Shown here: piece after piece, positions 7,041-14,190 of the stretch
Layout of the letters: every line of letters starts with the position of its first letter
Position numbering within the stretch: position 1 is the stretch's first letter
DNA from: Desulfobacterales bacterium
Lineage (GTDB): Bacteria; Desulfobacterota; Desulfobacteria; Desulfobacterales; JAHEIW01
DNA length: 24,000 nucleotides
Reading direction: 5' to 3'
Assembly: GCA_030601425.1 (NCBI GenBank)
Contig: JAUVTR010000004.1
Location: forward strand, 1,888 to 25,887
Notes under the pieces: model-generated
What the model was told of the DNA's origin: nothing
Database searches by the model: none
What the model saw: only the letters and a program-made list of their open reading frames with translations
Made by a program: the position numbers and the translations under genes

Positions 7041-8995
7041 TCATTCTTCTCCTTCCAATCCCCGGTCATGTTTTTAATGGATTGCGGGATGATCTTCGGA
7101 ATCGAAATCCTAAAATTTGATCCCTGACCGGGTTTGGATACGACGCTTATCTTGCCTCCATGCTGATCGATGATTTTGTCGGCAATAAAAAGCCCGAGTC
7201 CGGTTCCTTTGTTGCCTTTAGATGAAAAAAACAGCGTAAACAAACTTTCCCGGGTCTCCTGATCCATTCCAATTCCATTGTCCTTTATTTCAAATATAAT
7301 CTGTTCTTCTTCCTGTTGAACACTGAAGACGATCTTATGGGATTTTTGGGCTTCATCTTCGATGCAGGCATCTAAAGCATTTTCTAGTATATTGATCAGT
7401 GCCAGGCGCACAACACCGGCATCGATTTCGAGCTCTTCTAAGGACGTGTCGAAATCACAAACAAATTCAATGCCATTTGCTTTTATTTTGGGTTCAACCG
7501 TTGAAGCCACATCTTCAGCAAAGTTTAAACCATCAAGGCGAGCGCATTTCAGCTCTCTTTCCTTGGCAAAGAACAGGATATTATGAACCAATTTGCGAAT
7601 GCGGCTGATAATGGTTTTTACATCTGCCCATCCCTGCTTAACTCTTTCGGGCTTCTTTTTAGCAAATCCGGTCTCCACAAGATACATGCCGCCGTCCAGG
7701 CCTGTCAGCAGGCCTTTGATTCCGTGTGAGATCGAGCTTATTTTCAATCCCAGTGATGACAGATGATCCTGGAGCCTGCGAATCTGGGTAATGTTGGTGG
7801 ACATTTCCATAACGTGGGTGATCTCTCCGGCGGTATTCCTCAGAGGCGCCGTCCAGATCAACACGTTGTATTGCTCACCAGTTTTGGAGGTGACCACCAT
7901 CTCTGCCTGGTGGGATTGCCCGTCTTCAAATGTTCTGGCAACCGGGCAGTTGGGGCAGGGCTCATCCCGATGTTTGTAAACTTCATGACAGAAAGCGCCG
8001 AGTTCGACGTCAAAATCTTCTTTAAAACGACGGTTGGTTGCCGTCAGCCTGAACTGTCTATCCTGTACCGATATATAACAGGGCACTTCATCAAAAAGCT
8101 GCTGGTAGCGCTGCTGGGTGCGGTGCAATTCTTCCCGCAGGCGCTTGACTTCGGTAATATCAGCCGATATCTCTACGACCAGTTCCACATCACCGTCCTG
8201 ATTGCGAATCGGTGCGGTGTGCACAATCACCGGAGCTTTATCGCCATTTGAAGTTTTAACGGTTGCTTTTGTTCGCAGGCCTTTGCCGGTTTTAAATGTC
8301 TGTTCAGCGGGGCATTTGAACCTGGCCCCGGTTTTAGCCGTATAAACATCCCAGCTGTTACGGCCGACTTTATCGCCCAGACGTTCCTTATACAGCGGAT
8401 TTACCGCAATAATCTTTAATTTCGGATTGTGAACCGAAACAAAGCAGGGCATTTCGTTGAAATAGGTTAAACCCCCTTCCAGATCCCCGGCAATATCGCG
8501 CATGGCTGAAGACAACCCCTCAACCGCCTGTCCGACGGCAACCTGCCGCTCGACTTCTATCAGTTTTGCTGATTTTTCACGAACCAGAGCTTCAAGGTTT
8601 TCGGTGTATTCCCGCAACTGCTGTCGCATGCGGATCTTTTCATGTGCCCGGTTGAGTGCAATTTCTAAAGCATCATCGTTGATCGGTTTGGTCACAAAAT
8701 CAACGGCCTGATACTTGAGGCTTTTGATGGCCAGGTCCATATCCCCATGGCCGGTAATCATAATGACTTCTGTATCGGAGTTTTCATGTTTGATCTTTTG
8801 CAGGAGTTCGATCCCGTCCATTCCCGGCATTTTAATATCGGTAAGGACAATCTGCGGGGTTTCTTTGCGGAAGATTTTGAGGGCTTCCTCTCCATTTTCT
8901 GCAGTAAATACCGTATACCCGCTGTCCGATAACGATATGCTGAGGACTTTACGAATACCTTCTTCGTCATCGACGAGTAATAATTTATTATCCAT
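7037..8995 (-). CDS. Hybrid signalling protein: REC - degenerate H-box - PAS - PAS - DHp(H-box) - HATPase_c
   Basis: 652 aa. Receiver motifs: LVDDEEG, LTDIKMPGMDG, ITGHGD, VTKP. Two PAS-like segments follow. H-box is SSISHGIKGLLTGLDGG. N, G1 and G2 boxes are ILENALDA, IKDNGIGMD and GTGLGL. Confidence 0.88.
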   Translation of the reverse strand: MDNKLLLVDDEEGIRKVLSISLSDSGYTVFTAENGEEALKIFRKETPQIVLTDIKMPGMDGIELLQKIKHENSDTEVIMITGHGDMDLAIKSLKYQAVDFVTKPINDDALEIALNRAHEKIRMRQQLREYTENLEALVREKSAKLIEVERQVAVGQAVEGLSSAMRDIAGDLEGGLTYFNEMPCFVSVHNPKLKIIAVNPLYKERLGDKVGRNSWDVYTAKTGARFKCPAEQTFKTGKGLRTKATVKTSNGDKAPVIVHTAPIRNQDGDVELVVEISADITEVKRLREELHRTQQRYQQLFDEVPCYISVQDRQFRLTATNRRFKEDFDVELGAFCHEVYKHRDEPCPNCPVARTFEDGQSHQAEMVVTSKTGEQYNVLIWTAPLRNTAGEITHVMEMSTNITQIRRLQDHLSSLGLKISSISHGIKGLLTGLDGGMYLVETGFAKKKPERVKQGWADVKTIISRIRKLVHNILFFAKERELKCARLDGLNFAEDVASTVEPKIKANGIEFVCDFDTSLEELEIDAGVVRLALINILENALDACIEDEAQKSHKIVFSVQQEEEQIIFEIKDNGIGMDQETRESLFTLFFSSKGNKGTGLGLFIADKIIDQHGGKISVVSKPGQGSNFRISIPKIIPQSIKNMTGDWKEKNE

Positions 8996-9057
8996 AATTG
9001 ACGGCCATAAAGAGGAAACCTAATGGGTTACATTGCACCAGGAAACCGGCGGATTTT

Positions 9058-9336
9058 CTAGTGTTATGTCCCTTAAAAATGCTTCAAAAGTCGTGTGGTA
9101 TATTTTAGTTCAGTTGAGTTCTTTAATCAACACAATGTCTATGGTTTCAACGAACAGAGGACAGAGAACAGAATACAGAGGACAGAAGGGCCGCTTTATC
9201 TTCCATTTTTTCCATCTGTCATCTGACCTCTGACCTCTGTCTTCTGCTACCCGACACCTGACACCTGTATTGTTGAAAAAGAAGATTGATAAAAGTAATC
9301 CGTATTTTGTAAATTACTTGTGGGACATAACACTAG
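9058..9336. repeat. 279-bp imperfect-palindrome element with perfect 15-bp inverted termini (MITE-like)
   Basis: CTAGTGTTATGTCCC at 9058-9072 is the exact reverse complement of GGGACATAACACTAG at 9322-9336. The interior has five ACAGRRN heptamers (9159-9188) facing CTGACCT/CTGTC runs (9214-9246), plus CTGACAC x2 (9252-9266). Confidence 0.6.
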
Positions 9337-9683
9337 CCAATTGTATTTTTAACGATTCCTATCAGTTTCTCCGGATCAAATGGTTTTTTAACAAAAGCCA
9401 CTGCATCTTTGATGGCATGATCGCCGTCAATCCCGCTGACGACGATAATTGGCGTGTCCTTTAATTCTTTGTCCTGTCGAAGCCTGCGGTAAAACCGGGG
9501 ACCCCAATCACCCGGCATCTGTATGTCCAGACATATCAGATCCGGTTTTTCCGTTTTGACAACATCCAGCCCTTCCATGCTGCTGGAGGCGCTGCAGGTC
9601 GCATAGCCGTTATCGCTGAACACCGCCATCATATATTTGACAACCACCGGATCATCGTCGATGATCAAAATCTTTTTAGGCAT
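9333..9683 (-). CDS. Stand-alone response-regulator receiver (CheY-like)
   Basis: 116 aa with IIDDDP, LICLDIQMPG, IIVVSG and FVKKPF motifs. No output domain. A GAGAGGAAAG Shine-Dalgarno precedes the start. Confidence 0.88.
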   Translation of the reverse strand: MPKKILIIDDDPVVVKYMMAVFSDNGYATCSASSSMEGLDVVKTEKPDLICLDIQMPGDWGPRFYRRLRQDKELKDTPIIVVSGIDGDHAIKDAVAFVKKPFDPEKLIGIVKNTIG

Positions 9684-9704
9684 GGCTTTCCTCTCTTTCG
9701 GCCG

Positions 9705-9731
9705 CGAATTGAGCGCTTTGCACTCAATTCG
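9705..9731. repeat. Perfect 9-bp stem hairpin upstream of the receiver gene
   Basis: CGAATTGAG (9705-9713) pairs with CTCAATTCG (9723-9731) around a 9-nt loop. It lies 22-48 nt upstream of the ATG at 9683. No T-run follows on the coding strand. Confidence 0.5.
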
Positions 9732-9734
9732 TGT

Positions 9735-9838
9735 TAATTGTTATTTGTTATCCGTTATTAGAATTTGATAACTGATTTTAGTTTAAAATCGATTTTATTC
9801 CTTTTCAACCATTAACCAATAACAAATAACGAATAACT
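9735..9838. repeat. AT-rich imperfect palindrome built from GTTATNN / AATAACN heptamers
   Basis: GTTATTTGTTAT (9740-9751) is the exact reverse complement of ATAACAAATAAC (9819-9830). The flanks continue with the same 7-nt unit: GTTATCCGTTATT on one side and AATAACGAATAAC on the other. Confidence 0.6.
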
Positions 9839-9848
9839 CTTCTTTTTT

Positions 9849-10229
9849 CTACCGAACATGGCACTTGCCGCACATGATCGGGCCCTTCTTTTGTTCAAGA
9901 TGGCATCCTTTGCAGTTCGAATGGAATGCCTTTTTCAGGCCGAGTATATTCCCGGAGCCTTTCTCATCATGACATTCTGAGCAACTCTGTTCTTCCGAAG
10001 ACTCATCGTCCAATTTCTCTCCATCTTCATAAACATGGTGGCATTCGATGCAATCTTCGAGCTGGGCTGTTTCGTTGTGTTCATCATGTCGAAAAACAAC
10101 CGGGGGACGCTGCTTTTTTAAAAAACTCCCGTTATCGACAACCTCCATATCTTCCTGTGAGAATGCCGGTATCAGTAAAATACCAACGAGTAGGGGAGCA
10201 ATAAGGAGGAATATCCCTTTTTTCATCAT
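9849..10229 (-). CDS. tmcA: Periplasmic tetraheme cytochrome c3 (acidic, type II-like), TmcA-like
   Basis: 126 aa with a signal peptide ([24 protein letters not shown]). Four CxxCH motifs: CIECH, CSECH, CKGCH, CGKCH. Four extra His are available as distal ligands. The protein is very acidic. Context places it next to HdrD-like, cytochrome b-like and Trp-rich proteins. Confidence 0.85.
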   Translation of the reverse strand: MMKKGIFLLIAPLLVGILLIPAFSQEDMEVVDNGSFLKKQRPPVVFRHDEHNETAQLEDCIECHHVYEDGEKLDDESSEEQSCSECHDEKGSGNILGLKKAFHSNCKGCHLEQKKGPIMCGKCHVR

Positions 10230-10253
10230 GTTGTCTCCATTTATAGTAAAGGT

Positions 10254-10514
10254 TTAAAAGTTCAACGTCACCTTTCAGGGGTTCCGGGTTTCGTGAATAA
10301 GGTTTCAGGTGTCAGTGTTCAGGTGTCAGGCTTCTGGTCGCTGGCTGCTGGCTCTTGGCCACTGGGATGCATAATGCTCGATGATGAACCTCTGAACGCT
10401 GAACCTTGAACCTTGGAACCCGGTAACTGACATCCGAAACCTGACGCCTACTTATTCCTGAAACCTGACACCTGACACCTTGGTCTTACCCCTGAACCCT
10501 GAACCTTTGAACGG
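10254..10514. repeat. ~260-bp low-complexity imperfect palindrome made of 7-nt tandem units
   Basis: The left half has GGTGTCAG-type units (10306-10330) and CTGGNNN x5 (10334-10365). The right half has CTGAACN runs (10386-10421, 10490-10514) and CCTGAAACCTGACACCTGACACC (10458-10480), which is the complement of the left-arm units. Confidence 0.6.
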
Positions 10515-10524
10515 TTCGGTTTTT

Positions 10525-11859
10525 TTAAACCGGTTTTTCCATCACATCATACAGAATATCACTGATAAACTTGATCTCATAACCGAGACCATAGTGGTGA
10601 TTTATATCTTCAAGGCCGCTGTGGCAATTGTGACAGGGCGCAATCAGTACTTTGGCCCCTCTGGACTTGGCCGCAAATAACTGTTCGGCCTTAATGCGGT
10701 TACCTTCCATGCGCGTCATTTTGTAGGGCGGCCCGCAATTGATTACGCCACCACCGGCACAGCAGCAATAATTGTGCTCGCGATTGGGATGCATCTCGAT
10801 CAGTTTTTCACAGATGGCATTGACCACATAGCGGGCCTTTTCAGCCAGACCGCCGCCTCGAACCACGTTACACGGATCGTGGAGGGTAACGGGCTCTTTG
10901 AATTTTTTAGCGATGGTGATTTTTTTGTCTTTGATCAATTCGTAATAGAAATCGATAGCATGCACGATGGGGATGGGAGGCATGCGCCATCCCAGCCAGC
11001 GGTTGCCCATATCATAAACCGAACGAAAGGCATGACCGCATTCGCCCATGACAATCCTTTTAACCCTTAATCTTGCAGCGGTTTCAAAATGGGCCCGTTT
11101 GACGCGCCCCATGATTTCATTATCGCCGGTATACATGGCCATATCGCTGTTGTCCCAGCCGGGGGTGGCCGGCATGGTCCAGTTTACCCCGGCCACATCC
11201 ATGATAACCGCCGCCTGGTATATCAACTGGGCCTGAAATTTGGGTTCCGGGCCGATAACCGAATACATGATATCAGCCCCTTCTTTCTCAAGGGGAATCC
11301 GCAGGGTCGGGATTTCAGCCTGGGCCTCTTCTTCCTGCCACTGCAGGGTATCAATCCACTCATCATCTTTAACCCACATCTGGTTCATGGTGACCGCATG
11401 GCTGTGGGCCGTATCCTGAATATATAAGGGGGTTACGCCCAGCAAATGACAGATGCGCCGTACGGTCAGCATCATATAGGCAATGTCGATCCCAAAGGGA
11501 CAGTACATGGCACAGCGCTTACAGGCATTGCACTGCGTGGAGGCAATCTGAGAGGCTTTCTTTATAAAATCCGCACTGACGTCTCCTTTGGTTTTCAACA
11601 TTTTCCACAGGGTTTGTTTCACTTTTCCCACCGGGGAATATTGCGGGTCTTTGTCATGGGAAAGGTAATAGTGGCAGGCTTCAGAGCACAGGCCGCAGTG
11701 GATACAGGTATCGACATAAGCTTTGAGGCGTGCGCCGGATTCACTTTTTAAAACTCTGTTGATCACGCGTTTAATCTGTTCCGCGGTCAGATTTTGGGCA
11801 CCGATTTCCAGACCTTTGTCCATGATTTTCTTTTCAATTTGCTTTGCAGGCTCAGCCAT
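10525..11859 (-). CDS. tmcB: Cytoplasmic FeS protein with two [4Fe-4S] motifs and CCG domains (HdrD/DsrK-like), TmcB-like
   Basis: 444 aa. It carries CIHCGLCSEAC and CNACKRCAMYCP ferredoxin-type motifs. Cys-rich CCG-type segments follow: HDPCNVVRGGG, NYCCCAGGG and APCHNCHSG. Confidence 0.82.
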   Translation of the reverse strand: MAEPAKQIEKKIMDKGLEIGAQNLTAEQIKRVINRVLKSESGARLKAYVDTCIHCGLCSEACHYYLSHDKDPQYSPVGKVKQTLWKMLKTKGDVSADFIKKASQIASTQCNACKRCAMYCPFGIDIAYMMLTVRRICHLLGVTPLYIQDTAHSHAVTMNQMWVKDDEWIDTLQWQEEEAQAEIPTLRIPLEKEGADIMYSVIGPEPKFQAQLIYQAAVIMDVAGVNWTMPATPGWDNSDMAMYTGDNEIMGRVKRAHFETAARLRVKRIVMGECGHAFRSVYDMGNRWLGWRMPPIPIVHAIDFYYELIKDKKITIAKKFKEPVTLHDPCNVVRGGGLAEKARYVVNAICEKLIEMHPNREHNYCCCAGGGVINCGPPYKMTRMEGNRIKAEQLFAAKSRGAKVLIAPCHNCHSGLEDINHHYGLGYEIKFISDILYDVMEKPV

Positions 11860-11906
11860 TATCTGAATTCCCCTTTGTTTAAGCTGTTTAAGATGAACCG
11901 CAGAAC

Positions 11907-12095
11907 ACCGAACAAGGAATTATGAATGTCGAAGTGCTCAAGATCCAAATAAGATTTTTTACTTCGGCGTTCCTTGTTCGACCTGCCCGCCATCGCGAGC
12001 CGCCACGTCCGCCATCGGCTGCGCCTCAGGCAATGCCGGGCGGGCTCAGGCGAGGCGGGCGGGCATTCGATATTCGATATTCAAAAAGGTTGTTA
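11907..12095. repeat. Structured intergenic element: bulged hairpin + GC-rich core + TTCGATAT tandem
   Basis: CGAACAAGGAA (11909-11919) is the exact reverse complement of TTCCTTGTTCG (11970-11980). A second stem pairs 11927-11935 with 11961-11969. The GC-rich stretch 11982-12064 has GCCCGCC/GGCGGGC complements. TTCGATATTCGATATTC (12066-12082) is partly complementary to GAATTATGAATGTCGAA (11918-11934). Confidence 0.55.
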
Positions 12096-12161
12096 ACGAT
12101 TCTGGAATTAACGACCTTCTTCCCTGGACTACAATCAATAAATTCGAACCCATCTTTCCAT

Positions 12162-12821
12162 CTACCAGTCCTTTGCATGCCTCACTCCCCCAAATTCCGA
12201 ACCCATATAAGCTCTGGTCAGCGGTGCAAACAACATGTGACTCAAACGGGTAAACGGGATGGCCACCAGCATGACCTCACCTGAAAGAATATGCAGAATC
12301 AAAAGGGTTTGATATCCAAACCACTGGTAGTACACTAAAAACCCGGTAATAAACGGTGCCGCCACAATCGCCAGGAGGATATAATCCGACGCTGTCGTGA
12401 CATACTGAACCTCCGGATTCACCAAGCGTCGCACCAGGAAAAACACACAAGCGGCAATCACAATCAAAATCATGATTTCAGCCACACCCTCGGGCAAAGT
12501 CCACCAGCTGAGGTTCCAGGATTCATCAACCAGCGTCACATGGGCCAACAAAAAAATCGGGGTCAGTATCAGACAGATGTGAAAGCCAAACGCGACGATC
12601 GTCAGGACCGGATGCCTTCTCATATTTTCGGTGGCAAAGGGCGTGCTCCAACGAACAATGGAGCGCAGCCCGTATTTCAGGCTCATGTAAGAGTAGATAA
12701 ATTTTTCTTTCTTATGGACCAATATGATCAAGCTGGTCAGCCGGTAAAGACAGCCGCCGATAAAAATGATAAAGGCCAGCCAGACGAGCGGGCCACTCAC
12801 AAAATTATATAAAGTGTGCAT
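12162..12821 (-). CDS. tmcC: Integral membrane cytochrome b-like subunit (NarI/DsrM/HdrE-like), TmcC-like
   Basis: 219 aa with 5-6 predicted TM helices and conserved-looking His in helices (FGFHICLILTP, LAHVTL, LHILSGE). It starts 12 nt after the upstream gene's stop and has a GGGGG Shine-Dalgarno. Confidence 0.72.
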   Translation of the reverse strand: MHTLYNFVSGPLVWLAFIIFIGGCLYRLTSLIILVHKKEKFIYSYMSLKYGLRSIVRWSTPFATENMRRHPVLTIVAFGFHICLILTPIFLLAHVTLVDESWNLSWWTLPEGVAEIMILIVIAACVFFLVRRLVNPEVQYVTTASDYILLAIVAAPFITGFLVYYQWFGYQTLLILHILSGEVMLVAIPFTRLSHMLFAPLTRAYMGSEFGGVRHAKDW

Positions 12822-12833
12822 GAAACCCCCTTT

Positions 12834-14099
12834 TTAGCGTAAAATCTCTTCGACAGATATGACGCGCCGCGTATAGATGCCGTCCTGTAATGTCCGCAGC
12901 AGAATTTTATCGCCTTCAGGACTAAAGACGGGATCCCAGATCGCATCGCACGCTTGATCCCATATTCGATCATTTACGGCGATACTGTATTTACCGTCTC
13001 TTTCAATTTTCACAGCCACATCATCATTATTGGGGCTGAAGACCGGCTGCCAGGCCATATCAAAGGTGTTTTGCCAGACCACACCATCGACAACCATCAG
13101 CCAGCGCTCATCATTTTTGCCTGCCGCCGCAATACGGTTGCCATCAGGGCTGAAGACGGCATCGGTCAACAAATCTCCAAATGAAACGGACCAGGGTTTG
13201 CCGTCCACCGCGATTGTCCATTTGCCATATTTAGCAGCGACGATGGCCGCCAGTTTGTTGCTGTTTTCGCTGACCATCGGATGCCAGAGCTGTACAAATT
13301 TTCGATCCCAGATAATCTGACCGTCCTGGGCCAGAAACCACTTGCCGTTTTTTCTTACCGGAGCGATAACCGCCATGCTTTGGGGATGAAAGACCGGCTC
13401 CCAGACACAACCGAATGTCTGCTCCCATGGTTTGCCATTTACCGCAATCGTGTAATCATATAGGTTCAGCCGAACCTCGGCAGCCGTTTTCTGTCCATCC
13501 GGGCTGATCGCCATTTTCCAAACATTGACAAACTGCGTGTCCCAGGTTTTGCCGTCCAGGGCAGCAGTAAAGGCGCCCTTCTGGAATTTATGAATTTCGC
13601 CTTCGCCAAAGCCGACAACCTGCACGGCGGCTGCGGTCCGGGTTCCATCAGGACTGAGAGTGGGATTGGTCATATTGGAAAAGGTTTCTTTCCAAACAAT
13701 GTTGTTTAAGGCCATGCCATAAGTCATATCCTGCTGAACGGCCACTGCGATGTTTTTCCCGTCAGGGCTAAACATCATATTCCACACATAGCCGAATTTA
13801 TTATCCCAGGTAATGCCGTCCACCGCCACGGTCCATTCGCCCGCTTCCGAGACCAGAGCTGCCAGGCGGCCGTCGGGAGCAAATCGCAGATACCAAATTT
13901 TATCAAAAACCGTCTCCCAGGTATCACCGTTGACACAGACGTTGAACTCGCCTTCTGCCAGGTTAACGATGGCGGCTATTTTTTCGCCATTCGGACTTAC
14001 GTAAGGCTCCTCGATCCAGTTAAACTTTTTTTGCCACTGGCTGATATTCGCAATTTCTCTGCTGCCAGGTTCCCAATCCCATTCAATTCGTGTAAGCAT
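12834..14099 (-). CDS. tmcD: Tryptophan-rich tandem-repeat protein, TmcD-like
   Basis: 421 aa with no signal peptide. It has about ten tandem units of about 38-40 aa, of the form W-x3-F-x3-W-x3-(F/V)SPDG-x3-A-x-V...G-x-W-x-(I/V)AV(D/N)G. An AGGAG Shine-Dalgarno precedes the start. Its position next to tmcC/B/A-like genes matches the Trp-rich fourth Tmc subunit. Confidence 0.7.
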   Translation of the reverse strand: MLTRIEWDWEPGSREIANISQWQKKFNWIEEPYVSPNGEKIAAIVNLAEGEFNVCVNGDTWETVFDKIWYLRFAPDGRLAALVSEAGEWTVAVDGITWDNKFGYVWNMMFSPDGKNIAVAVQQDMTYGMALNNIVWKETFSNMTNPTLSPDGTRTAAAVQVVGFGEGEIHKFQKGAFTAALDGKTWDTQFVNVWKMAISPDGQKTAAEVRLNLYDYTIAVNGKPWEQTFGCVWEPVFHPQSMAVIAPVRKNGKWFLAQDGQIIWDRKFVQLWHPMVSENSNKLAAIVAAKYGKWTIAVDGKPWSVSFGDLLTDAVFSPDGNRIAAAGKNDERWLMVVDGVVWQNTFDMAWQPVFSPNNDDVAVKIERDGKYSIAVNDRIWDQACDAIWDPVFSPEGDKILLRTLQDGIYTRRVISVEEILR

Positions 14100-14190
14100 T
14101 TATGCGACTCCTGTTTGCTTGGTTTGGCTTCGTTTTGCCACCCTGTGTTTCCAGCTTTTTTCGCTGACACCCTCTTTGAAACCGATACCG

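Noticed and set aside
8996-9057. CTGGTGCAATGTAACC on the minus strand upstream of the 652-aa kinase gene, considered as a sigma-54 promoter.
   Set aside because: The -24 box is TGGTGC and there is no GC at the -12 position with correct spacing. It is not a credible match.
9849-10229. Alternative reading of the tetraheme cytochrome as a free periplasmic type I cytochrome c3, or as a DsrJ/Hmc/Nhc-type subunit.
   Set aside because: It has four hemes, not 3, 9 or 16. It is strongly acidic. It sits immediately adjacent to HdrD-like, cytochrome b-like and Trp-rich genes. Together these fit the Tmc context better, although a database search is needed to confirm.
9150-10520. Short-period repeats (CTGACAC, ACAGAGG, GTTATNN, CTGAACC) considered as a possible CRISPR array or coding low-complexity region.
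   Set aside because: The units are only 7-8 nt and directly abutting, with no spacers. They occur as inverted arrays. No cas genes are present and no ORF with coding character covers them.
11922-12284. 120-aa plus-strand ORF spanning the tmcC/tmcB gap.
   Set aside because: The translation (…RPARHREPPRPPSAAPQAMPGGLRRGGRAFDIRYS…) simply reads through the GC-rich palindromic repeat and then runs antisense into tmcC. There is no Shine-Dalgarno. It is a typical repeat-derived artefact.
14100-14190. TGGCAAAACGAAGCC on the minus strand upstream of tmcD, considered as a second sigma-54 promoter.
   Set aside because: The GC element is one base out of register relative to GG (TGGCAA-N…-AGCC), and the -24 box is imperfect. 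This falls below what I would call a match.
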